This document shows positions 28,495 through 36,769 of a stretch of DNA of 64,000 nt, piece by piece. Position numbers and translations under genes: made by a program. The number at the start of each line of letters is the position of its first letter. Positions within the stretch are counted from its first letter, which is position 1. The notes under the pieces were generated by a model. The model was not told the DNA's origin. It saw only the letters and a program-made list of their open reading frames with translations, and did no database searches. The DNA lies in contig CAWAAX010000026.1 of NCBI GenBank assembly GCA_963780225.1, positions 96,001 through 160,000 of the forward strand, read 5' to 3'. The stretch is from an uncultured bacterium (GTDB taxonomy: Bacteria > Edwardsbacteria > AC1 > EtOH8).

Positions 28495-31451
28495 TTGCTG
28501 ATCAGCCCCATCCCGCTGCGGCCGTCTATCCGGGCCTCCACCGTCTGTTCCAGGTGCACCCAGCGCAGGTGCTCGGTGCTGTCCGTCACCTTTTGCGATT
28601 CCAGCCAGTCCCAGTCTATCCTGCCGTGCTCGGGGTCGGTGGGCACGGTGAAGTAGCCGATGCGGAGCGAGGTCATGTTCTGGAAGAAGTGCGAGCCCTG
28701 CGAGGGATCCACGTTCATGTTGGGCAGGCAGGCCTCCACAATGGTCCGGGCCTGGGAGATCTGGTCGAACTTCACCGGGATGCCCAGCCAGGGATCGCTG
28801 GAACCCCAGCGGCCGGGGCCGATCAGGACGTAGGGGCGGCCCTGTTCCTTCAGCTTCTTGTTCAGCTGCCCCACCTCTTCGGCCATCTGCGGGGTGCGGG
28901 AGGCGTCAAACGAGCCGGGCCGGACGTAGACGATGTCGCTTAGGGCCGTCACCCCGTTACCCAAAGCCTTGTCGCTGAAGCAGAGGGCCTGCTTGATGTC
29001 ATCGGCCGAGACGTCGATCTTGACCAGCTCGTCCGAGACCACCAGCGGCCGAACCTGGAGGAAGCCGAAGTCGGCCGGGAAGATGTTTTTGGGGTCCAGC
29101 CGGACCGCGAACTCCATCTCCACCGGGCAGCTCATGGCCTGGGAGGAAAGCTTCAGCAGATGGTCCAAAAGCTCGGCCAGGGGGAACATCTTGTATTTAA
29201 GGATATGGGCGAAGCTGACGATGCGCGGCCCGGGCTGGCCGATCCCGTCCTGCAGCTGTTGGTTCTCGAAGGAGTAGGTGGAGCCCAGCCGCTCCAGCAC
29301 CCCGTCCTTCTCCGCTTCATCGATCCCCAGCTTCAGCAGATACTGGTCCTCCTCAGCGAAGGCGGTGTTGGATCGGGGCCGCATGTCCACGGCGTAAAAG
29401 CTCTTCTGGCTGTTGTCCAGCATGTCGTCGGCGGTGCCGAACTGGGGCAGGATCTCGGGGTAGGCCGGGGTGAAGCGGAGCGAGACCCCGCCGTCCACCA
29501 CGCTCTTGCCCAGGCCCAGCGCCACGTTCACCACGCCGTCCTCCGGCTTGGCATGGCCCACCGGGTAGTAGTTGTAGGAGCGGGCCACCCCGGCGAAGTC
29601 GGGATAATAGCGGCCGTTCCTATCCGCCCCCACCACTTCCTGGATGATCACCGCCATCTTTTCCTCGTCCACCCGGTGGTTGGTGGACTCGATGTAGCTC
29701 TTGGCCTGCTTTAAAAATGTGGAGGCCCAGACCAGCTTGATGGCGTTGTCCAGACTCAGGAAGCGGGCGTCCAGGTCGGACTGGTTGTTGGGGACCATCT
29801 TGGTGTAGTAGATGCCGGCGAAGGGCTGGTAGAGCGCGTCCTCCAGCAGGCTGGAAGAGCGCACCGCCAGGGGTTTTCTGACCTGCCGGATGAAGTCCCG
29901 GATGTCGCCCACCACGGTGGGGGGCAGGGAGGCGTTTAAGAAGGCGTTGACGATGCGGGCGTCGGAATCCTCCTCCGTCGCCAGCTTGAACAGCTTGTTG
30001 TGGCGCATGAAGTCGTCGAAGATGTCGGCCCCCAGCACCAGGGTTTTTGGTATGGAGATATTGACCCCGGGATAGAGCGAGTGGTCGAACTGGCTGTTGA
30101 GGATCTTGTCCACGAAGGCCAGGCCCCGGGCCTTGCCGCCGATGGAGCCGCCGCCCATCCGGGTGAAGTGCCACTGGGGCAGGTTAAAGCGCCGGGAATA
30201 ATAGACGATGCTGCCCCGGTTCTGCCGGCGGTGGTTCTGGTCCAAAGCTTCCTTGATCAGGAGTTTTAGCGATGAAAAATCGTCGTTGTCGGCCAAGGCC
30301 AGCTTGGTGACCTGCTCGGCCAGTCCGAACTCGGTCCGGACCAGCAGCCAGCGCTTCAGGTCCCCCCGCATCAGGTTCCGGTGCAGCAGGTCCTGGGGCA
30401 GGCTGTCGATGATCGAGATGAATGATTCCAGATTTGGGATCCGGGCGGCCTCGCTGTTGTCGGCGTTCTTAAGCACCAGGTCGCCAAAGCCCATGTGCTC
30501 CACCAGCAGGTGGCGGAACTCATCAGTCAATGACGGCGAGCCCTTCAGCAGGAACTCGGCCTTCAGGCCGGCAGCTATCTGCTCGGTCTCCGGCTCGCTG
30601 GACTGGATCACCAGCGGCAGGTGGGGCAGGTCGCGGCGGATCATTTTGGCGAACTCTATCCCGGCGGTGGGGTCCAGCTTTCCGTTTTTGGGATAGCGGA
30701 CGTCGGTGAACACGCCCAGCAGATGGCCCTTGAACTTTTCATATATTTCCACCGCCTGCTCATAGTTCTGGGCCAGGTGCACCCGGGGCCGGCCCCTCTG
30801 TCTTAACGCCTTTTGGCTGAAGCCCAGGTCCTCGTTAAGCAGCCGGTCGGTCTGGTCCCACAGCTCGTCGAACAGGACGTTCAGATAGCTGGAATAGAAG
30901 CTGATGGAATCTTCCACTATCAGCAGATTGGGAAGCCCTAAGGCCTTGGTGTCGCTCTCGGCGTTATTGAAATCCTCCATCAGCTGGATGATGCCGGTCA
31001 ATATCTTGCCGTCGCCCTGCCAGACGAAGATGCCGTCCACCTTGCTGAAGTCGTTCATCTGCTGGAGCCGGGCCAGTTCCGGGGTGTTGAAGGCCAGGAT
31101 CACCACCGGCAGTCCGGGCACGATCTCCTTGGCCTTTTGCCCGAAGGTGAAGGGGTCCATGTCGCCCAGCCGCTGGATGCAGACCACCAAGTCGAAGCTT
31201 TCCTTGCCCAGCAGCTCCAGGGCGTTGGCCCCGCCGGTGACCCGGGTGATGGAGGGGACGTAGCCCAGGTCCCGCTGTTTGTAGGCCTGGCCCAGCAGGT
31301 CGGCCAGCCGGCCGTCCTCTTCCAGAATGAAGGCGTCGTAAAGGCTGGCGGCCAGAAGCACCCTGCGCACCTTGTAGGGCATAAGGTTTAAAAGCTTCTG
31401 GGCAAAGGGGTCCAGGATGGCCTGCTGGTCGATGTTGATGGGTGTGGGCAT
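28491..31451 (-). CDS. Receiver-domain + PPDK_N (ATP-grasp) protein lacking the PEP-utiliser barrel
   Basis: Pseudo-receiver, then receiver (LIVED..FTDVRYP..QSS..LLK); IGGKARG, AVRSSSLLEDA..FAGIY, GLGKSVVDG, EMEFA, LQVRP; GPGRWGS..SQGSHFF. Confidence 0.85.
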   Translation of the reverse strand: MPTPINIDQQAILDPFAQKLLNLMPYKVRRVLLAASLYDAFILEEDGRLADLLGQAYKQRDLGYVPSITRVTGGANALELLGKESFDLVVCIQRLGDMDPFTFGQKAKEIVPGLPVVILAFNTPELARLQQMNDFSKVDGIFVWQGDGKILTGIIQLMEDFNNAESDTKALGLPNLLIVEDSISFYSSYLNVLFDELWDQTDRLLNEDLGFSQKALRQRGRPRVHLAQNYEQAVEIYEKFKGHLLGVFTDVRYPKNGKLDPTAGIEFAKMIRRDLPHLPLVIQSSEPETEQIAAGLKAEFLLKGSPSLTDEFRHLLVEHMGFGDLVLKNADNSEAARIPNLESFISIIDSLPQDLLHRNLMRGDLKRWLLVRTEFGLAEQVTKLALADNDDFSSLKLLIKEALDQNHRRQNRGSIVYYSRRFNLPQWHFTRMGGGSIGGKARGLAFVDKILNSQFDHSLYPGVNISIPKTLVLGADIFDDFMRHNKLFKLATEEDSDARIVNAFLNASLPPTVVGDIRDFIRQVRKPLAVRSSSLLEDALYQPFAGIYYTKMVPNNQSDLDARFLSLDNAIKLVWASTFLKQAKSYIESTNHRVDEEKMAVIIQEVVGADRNGRYYPDFAGVARSYNYYPVGHAKPEDGVVNVALGLGKSVVDGGVSLRFTPAYPEILPQFGTADDMLDNSQKSFYAVDMRPRSNTAFAEEDQYLLKLGIDEAEKDGVLERLGSTYSFENQQLQDGIGQPGPRIVSFAHILKYKMFPLAELLDHLLKLSSQAMSCPVEMEFAVRLDPKNIFPADFGFLQVRPLVVSDELVKIDVSADDIKQALCFSDKALGNGVTALSDIVYVRPGSFDASRTPQMAEEVGQLNKKLKEQGRPYVLIGPGRWGSSDPWLGIPVKFDQISQARTIVEACLPNMNVDPSQGSHFFQNMTSLRIGYFTVPTDPEHGRIDWDWLESQKVTDSTEHLRWVHLEQTVEARIDGRSGMGLISK

Positions 31452-31480
31452 AAGATGAAAATTGAAATTATTTTTTGTTT

Positions 31481-31550
31481 GACCTCTCCCTTAATCCCTC
31501 TCCAATGTGGAGAGGGACCTTTGACTCCCCCTCCGCAACGGAGGGGGGCA
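31481..31550. repeat. Double C-rich/G-rich hairpin repeat
   Basis: CCCTCTCC/GGAGAGGG and CCCCCTCCG/CGGAGGGGG stems. Confidence 0.7.
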
Positions 31551-31665
31551 GGCGATGCACTGAGTGGGACAAGTATTTATGCTAACGAAGTGGGGCGGTC
31601 AACCCAGGCGGCCGGGGCTTTAATTCGTGCTACGAATTGTATGAATCGTGCGAAAGTGCATGTGA

Positions 31666-32373
31666 TTACGTTGCTCTGGTTTCTCCATCTTTTGCTAAGT
31701 ATATAGAACTGCCAGTATTTGATTGTGGTCCCTCAGGAAACCACCCCATTTTGTTTATTGACTCCGTCATAATTTCTGAAACAATTGCAACAAATTCATC
31801 TGTATATGATTTAATATTTGATGCGATTTGCTCAATAAATATTAACGTTCCTTTTTCATCTTTAATATCATCAAATAATATATTCAATGCAATAATATCA
31901 GACAACATATAATATGTGCCATCATAGCTTTTGTCTGAGCTTAATAAGAGTGTGTATTCATCGAGAGATAATGAGTTTATGGACTTCTGGAAGCATTCTT
32001 TATCATAGTGATATGCTGTTTTCTTTCGTATTTTCCCCAAAACGGCTTTATCAAAGTGGTTTACTTTTTTTAAGTACAAAGTTGTTTTAGTTTTATAAAT
32101 TTCAAAATCTTTATAAATATTCTTGCTTTTACGTAGTTCGTTTATTCCTTCATGTAGTATCCCGCATATAAAAAAGAAATAATTTTGTGTAGCACGTATT
32201 TCCGAAGGCTTGCTCGCACCTGGTTTGATGGCAATTAAAGTATTCCTGCAGTAGTTGATAGAGTTCAATATACGTCCAAAAGTGAGAAATGAAATAAATA
32301 TTGGATCGTTTTTATACTGATTGTACATAGCTTTTGACATACAATACCGCGAAGGTTCATTGGTAGGATGCAT
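31666..32373 (-). CDS. AT-rich hypothetical protein, candidate HEPN-like RNase
   Basis: Start at MHPT with AGGAG RBS; helical-looking sequence with RKKTAYH (Rx5H) motif. Confidence 0.55.
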   Translation of the reverse strand: MHPTNEPSRYCMSKAMYNQYKNDPIFISFLTFGRILNSINYCRNTLIAIKPGASKPSEIRATQNYFFFICGILHEGINELRKSKNIYKDFEIYKTKTTLYLKKVNHFDKAVLGKIRKKTAYHYDKECFQKSINSLSLDEYTLLLSSDKSYDGTYYMLSDIIALNILFDDIKDEKGTLIFIEQIASNIKSYTDEFVAIVSEIMTESINKMGWFPEGPQSNTGSSIYLAKDGETRAT

Positions 32374-32566
32374 AATAAATCTCCTATTAACGAATAAGCA
32401 ATAATAACTATGCGGTAGTACTATTTGTTGATTTTGTTCTATGTTGAGTATTTTTATATATTGTGCTACGGAACATGAAATCCAGTATGCCTGCTGGTCG
32501 ATGTTATTGCCTGGGGGTAAATAATGAAATCTGAAAATACAAATATCAAATTGTAATTGTCCGATC

Positions 32567-32845
32567 TTATTGTTTATGGTTCTTACTGTAACTCCAGAAT
32601 AATATTCCACCAATTACTAAAGCTACAGTACTCAAACCCATAATTGGTTTATAAAAATTCTCTCCACAAAAAGCATATATAGCTCCGTTTATTGTCCAAA
32701 CAGTAAAGAACATATACCAGTTTTTCTTCCTATTGTTTTCATCTATCTTTTCCGATTTACGCAACCATGCCCAAATTAAAATATGATAGAAAACAGAAGG
32801 GATTACCGTTGCCCCTATGACTTTAGCTAATGCTACTGACCACAT
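32567..32845 (-). CDS. AT-rich small membrane protein
   Basis: 92-aa ORF with three hydrophobic segments. Confidence 0.5.
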   Translation of the reverse strand: MWSVALAKVIGATVIPSVFYHILIWAWLRKSEKIDENNRKKNWYMFFTVWTINGAIYAFCGENFYKPIMGLSTVALVIGGILFWSYSKNHKQ

Positions 32846-32892
32846 CTTTATGGCCTTTCATGAATCAAGTATTTTGTGTTTTTGTGAATTGC

Positions 32893-34143
32893 TCACCCCA
32901 GCATTATCGCATTGCCCTTGGGCACCACATAACAACTAAAATCCTTCCCGTGCCTTTCCCTTAAATACTCCACCGCGGCATTCAGGTCCGGCAGGCTCTT
33001 GAACTGCATCTTTTCCACCAGGGCCGGGTCCATTCCGCTGATCAGGCACACCCGGCATTTTTTCATCACCAAGGCCGTGGCGTAGGCCCGGTGGGCCTCG
33101 GCGGTGATCTGCTCCCGGGGGGTCTGCAGGATCTCGGCGGCGGAGTAGTCGCGCATCCAGCGCCCAAAATCCAATTGCCCCGCGCCTTCGGGGCACTGGC
33201 CCACCAGCACGATCGTTCCGCCGGGTTTTACCGCCGGGGCCACGTTGTTAAGGATCCTCTGCATCTGGTAAAGGTCTATGTCCAGCGGGTGGCCGCCGGC
33301 CGAGGCGATCACGCAGTCCGCCGGCTCTTTCACCGGCGCCGACCAGACCTGGCGGCACAGTTCCACCCCTTCCAGCCAGGCTTTTTGCCAGTGTCCGGCG
33401 AAAACTCCGGCGATCTCGCCGTCCGGGGTGGGAACCACGTTCAAAAGAAAATCTATCCCGGCCAGTTCGGCCGCCTTTTCCATCTCTTCATGGATGGGGT
33501 TGCTTTCCAGCCTGCCCGGGGCGTTATGTCCCAGGGTTATCATCGCATGGTTTTGGGCTATGGTGGTCCTGGCGGCGCAGCCGGGCATCACCGCCTTGCG
33601 GCCGCCGGAGAACCCGGCCAGGTAGTGGGGGGTGATCTTGCCGGTGGCGATGGTGAAATCCGAGGTTAAAAGCAGCTCGTTCAGCTCTATCTCCCGGCCG
33701 TTGACATTGCCCACCGAGATGCATCCCTTGTCGCAGTTGTGGGCGTACAGGTTAAGCTGGTCGAACACCCTTTCTCCGTAAAGTTCCTGGCGCTCCTCGC
33801 AGGTGGGGGCCCGGTGGCTGCCGGTGGCTATCAGGGCGCGGACCTGGTTGCATTCTATTCCGGCCAGATTCATCTGGTCGCATAGGGCGTTCAGTATCTG
33901 GGGATAATGAGGAATGACCCGGGTGTGGTCCGACAGAATCAGCAAAATGCTTTTGGGGCACCGGGCTAGCAGAAGCTCCTTCAAAGAAGGGCTTTGGATG
34001 GGGCGCTCCAGGGCTTGGGTCACCGCCAAAGGAACATCGGCCAGTCCGGGAACCGTCGGCAGGCTTAAAATGCCTGACAGATTGGCTTCCGGAAGGGAAA
34101 GGGTGGTCTTACCTAGGCCGTAACCAAGGGTGATATCTGGCAT
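32893..34143 (-). CDS. LarA-family nickel-pincer-dependent racemase/epimerase
   Basis: SDHTR, ATGSHR, HNCD, PHYLAGFSGGRKAVMPG, NH and LYQ motifs. Confidence 0.85.
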   Translation of the reverse strand: MPDITLGYGLGKTTLSLPEANLSGILSLPTVPGLADVPLAVTQALERPIQSPSLKELLLARCPKSILLILSDHTRVIPHYPQILNALCDQMNLAGIECNQVRALIATGSHRAPTCEERQELYGERVFDQLNLYAHNCDKGCISVGNVNGREIELNELLLTSDFTIATGKITPHYLAGFSGGRKAVMPGCAARTTIAQNHAMITLGHNAPGRLESNPIHEEMEKAAELAGIDFLLNVVPTPDGEIAGVFAGHWQKAWLEGVELCRQVWSAPVKEPADCVIASAGGHPLDIDLYQMQRILNNVAPAVKPGGTIVLVGQCPEGAGQLDFGRWMRDYSAAEILQTPREQITAEAHRAYATALVMKKCRVCLISGMDPALVEKMQFKSLPDLNAAVEYLRERHGKDFSCYVVPKGNAIMLG

Positions 34144-34190
34144 GGTTTCCTCTAAGCAAACGTTGGCCCATTAACGGATTATAATCATTA

Positions 34191-34219
34191 ACTATACGCT
34201 TAAAAAACATTGCAGTCAA
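34191..34219 (-). promoter_or_regulatory. Probable promoter of the larA / PPDK_N transcription unit
   Basis: TTGACT-17nt-TATAGT on the minus strand. Confidence 0.65.
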
Positions 34220-34245
34220 GAAGAAAATATAATAAAAACTACCCT

Positions 34246-34280
34246 TTGACTTTGGAGTTGATTTGTGATAAAATTCACAT
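34246..34280 (+). promoter_or_regulatory. gdh promoter with an overlapping Rex/CRP-type box
   Basis: TTGACT-17nt-TAAAAT; TTGTGATAAAATTCACAT (34263-34280) covers the -10 element. Confidence 0.65.
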
Positions 34281-34289
34281 TCTTCTTCT

Positions 34290-34436
34290 GCCACAAAGGC
34301 ACAAAGACACTAAACCCGATCACCAAACATACTTTTCAAAATCATTTTTACCTTTGCCACAAAGGCACAAAGACACAAATACTATTAACGATCTTCAATT
34401 AAATTAACGAAATTAGTGCCTTAGTGTCTTGGTGGC
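34290..34436. repeat. 8-mer (CACAAAG[A/G]) tandem / terminal-inverted-repeat mini-element
   Basis: GCCACAAAGGCACAAAGACAC twice, plus inverted TTAGTGCCTTAGTGTCTTGGTGGC; relatives at 4701, 38038, 48642 and 60623. Confidence 0.75.
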
Positions 34437-34507
34437 TATATTGGTGCCTCGTTCCTTTTGTAACCAATAACCCATAATATAAATCCAAAATTCAAGGAGA
34501 AACTGCC

Positions 34508-35794
34508 ATGGCGGACAAATCCTTCAATGCCTTCAAAATGGCCCAGGAGCAATTCGACAAGGTTGCCGAAAAGCTGGGCCTGGACCAGGCCACCCGCGAC
34601 CTGCTCCGCACCCCCCTGCGCGAGATCCATTTCTCCATCCCGGTGCGGATGGACGACGGCTCGGTCAAGGTCTTTCAGGGATACCGGGTACAGCACAACG
34701 ACTCCCGCGGGCCCTGCAAGGGCGGCATCCGCTTCCACCCCCAGGAAACAGTGGACACCGTCAAGGCACTGGCCACCTGGATGACCTGGAAGTGCTCGGT
34801 GGTTGACATTCCGCTGGGCGGCGGCAAGGGCGGAGTGATCTGCGACCCGCATCACCTGTCAGAGCGCGAACAGGAAGGCATCTGCCGCGGATGGATCCGC
34901 CAGGTGGCCTTCAACGTGGGCCCGGTCCAGGACGTTCCGGCCCCCGACGTGATGACCAACGGCCAGCACATGGTGTGGATGATGGACGAGTACGAGAGGA
35001 TCCACAACGGCAAGTTCCCGGGCATGATCACCGGCAAGCCGCTGGGCGTGGGCGGATCTTTGGGCCGGACCGAGGCCACCGGCTACGGCGCGGTCTACTG
35101 CATGCGCGAGGCCCTGCGCGAGATGGGCATCGACATCAAGAAGACCAAGGCGGCCTTCCAGGGATTCGGCAACGTCTCCCAGTACGCCGTCAAGCTGTAC
35201 AAGGAATACGGTGGAACCCCGGTCTGCGTGTCCTGCTGGGACCAGACCGACCAGAAGTCATACACCTTCCTCAAGAAGAGCGGAGTGGACGCCGATGAGC
35301 TGCTGAAGTTCACCGACCGTTTCGGCGGGATCAACAAGGACAAGGCCAAGGCCGCCGGCTACGAAGTGCTTTCCGGCGACGCCTGGATCGAGCAGGACGT
35401 GGAGATCCTGGTGCCGGCCGCCCTGGAGAACCAGATCACCAAGGACAACGCCCCCAAGATGGGCAAGAACGTCAAGCTGATCGTGGAAGGCGCCAACGGG
35501 CCGACCACCCCCGAAGCCGACGAGATCATCCACCAGCGCGGCATCTTCATGATCCCCGACTTTTTGGCCAACGCCGGCGGCGTCACCTGCAGCTATTTTG
35601 AGCAGGTGCAGTGCAACATGAACTACTTCTGGACCAAGGACGAAGTGCTTTCCAAGCTGGACACCAAGATGACCGACGCCTTCCTGAAGGTTTCGGCCCT
35701 GGCCAGGGAAAAGAAGGTCTACATGCGCGACGCGGCCTACATGATCGCCATTCAGCGCGTGGCCGATGCCTGCAAGATTAGGGGCTGGGTATAA
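34508..35794 (+). CDS. Glu/Leu/Phe/Val dehydrogenase, family II glutamate dehydrogenase (probably catabolic)
   Basis: RGPCKGGIRFHP, GGGKGG, DVPAPD, TGKP..GGSLGR, QGFGNV, EGANGP, PDFLANAGGV motifs. Confidence 0.9.
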   Translation: MADKSFNAFKMAQEQFDKVAEKLGLDQATRDLLRTPLREIHFSIPVRMDDGSVKVFQGYRVQHNDSRGPCKGGIRFHPQETVDTVKALATWMTWKCSVVDIPLGGGKGGVICDPHHLSEREQEGICRGWIRQVAFNVGPVQDVPAPDVMTNGQHMVWMMDEYERIHNGKFPGMITGKPLGVGGSLGRTEATGYGAVYCMREALREMGIDIKKTKAAFQGFGNVSQYAVKLYKEYGGTPVCVSCWDQTDQKSYTFLKKSGVDADELLKFTDRFGGINKDKAKAAGYEVLSGDAWIEQDVEILVPAALENQITKDNAPKMGKNVKLIVEGANGPTTPEADEIIHQRGIFMIPDFLANAGGVTCSYFEQVQCNMNYFWTKDEVLSKLDTKMTDAFLKVSALAREKKVYMRDAAYMIAIQRVADACKIRGWV

Positions 35795-35846
35795 GCTTAG
35801 GGACTTGGGAACAGGGAACAGATTATAGGGTTTTAGATCATGGTAA

Positions 35847-35882
35847 AATTATAGCCCAGGCCTTAAGGCCTGGGCTATAATT
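35847..35882. repeat. 36-bp perfect palindrome (REP-like; may act as a terminator)
   Basis: AATTATAGCCCAGGCCTTAAGGCCTGGGCTATAATT; same GCCTTAAGGC core as the palindrome at 11351-11376. Confidence 0.75.
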
Positions 35883-35917
35883 ATGGTTGTATTTTAAAGG
35901 AATTTGGAATATACTAA

Positions 35918-36463
35918 TCACTCGGACCGCTTCTTTACTTCCTTGCAGGCTCCGTTCTTAAGGCAGGGTCCGGGCTTGCCCAGCAGGCAGGCGAAACGTC
36001 TTATGGTATGATACAGTCCTATCGCAATGAAGGCGATGCTGACCACCGTGTGCCAGTAGGAAAAATTGAAGCCCAGGGCAGGTCTTTGGTCAAACGGCAG
36101 AACGAAGTAAAGCCCGCTTAAGGCCGAGCCCAGGAAACTCAGCAGCAGCAGCCAGTTCCACATGGTCTGCAGTATCGGGATCTTTTTAACGTTCTTTCTG
36201 GCAAACAGCTCGGTGGCCAGTCCCAGTATCCCGGTGATGATCAGGATCTCCCAGAAATAGTAGTTGACCCGTGGCGCGGCCGGGGCAGCCGGCGCGGCCA
36301 GGCCTTCGGTTTCGGACAGGTCGCAGAGGCTGTCAACATTGGTGTCCCGGTAACCGGCGCACTGACCGGGCAGGGAGTCGTTCTTCAGCCCCAGCGGACA
36401 GGTGTCCTGGGCCAGGGCGGAGGAAGCCAGGAGAAACAGGAAGAAGAATATTGTTTTGGGCAT
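35918..36463 (-). CDS. Membrane protein with an N-terminal Cys motif and DUF4405-like His-containing helices
   Basis: CPLG..D..PGQC..Y.DTN.D.LCD; SALSG, WH and YH in TM region. Confidence 0.6.
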   Translation of the reverse strand: MPKTIFFFLFLLASSALAQDTCPLGLKNDSLPGQCAGYRDTNVDSLCDLSETEGLAAPAAPAAPRVNYYFWEILIITGILGLATELFARKNVKKIPILQTMWNWLLLLSFLGSALSGLYFVLPFDQRPALGFNFSYWHTVVSIAFIAIGLYHTIRRFACLLGKPGPCLKNGACKEVKKRSE

Positions 36464-36508
36464 AAAGTCTTTCATTTTCAATGTTAAAATGATTTTTAGG
36501 CACAAGCG

Positions 36509-36742
36509 GTGACTTCGGTACAACCGCCACAGGCGGTCACTCAGTCACCACTTGTCTTCTGTCGGGGGCGGAGCAGGCCGTCAAAGCCGTATCGAAGACC
36601 CCGTTTAGTAATTATGTTAACCCACAATCAGTCATTTGTCAACCCGGAGACGGGGCTTCGATACGGTCACAATGACCTACTCAGCCCCCGGGGGATCGGG
36701 GCTTCGATACGGTCACAACGACCTACTCAGCCCCCGGGGATC
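36509..36742. repeat. Cluster of four TTCGATAC/ACTCA stem-loop elements
   Basis: 46-bp direct repeat at 36651 and 36697, plus covarying copies at 36509 and (inverted) 36565. Confidence 0.8.
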
Positions 36743-36769
36743 TCAGAGACATTGAACTATGGATAGAAC

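Noticed and set aside
32374..32613. 315-aa version of the AT-rich ORF
   Set aside because: The extension crosses the decayed gene-start duplicate and overlaps the upstream ORF; the RBS supports 32373.
36651..36742. 46-bp direct repeat as a CRISPR array
   Set aside because: Only two adjacent copies, no spacers and no cas genes; it belongs to a dispersed stem-loop family.
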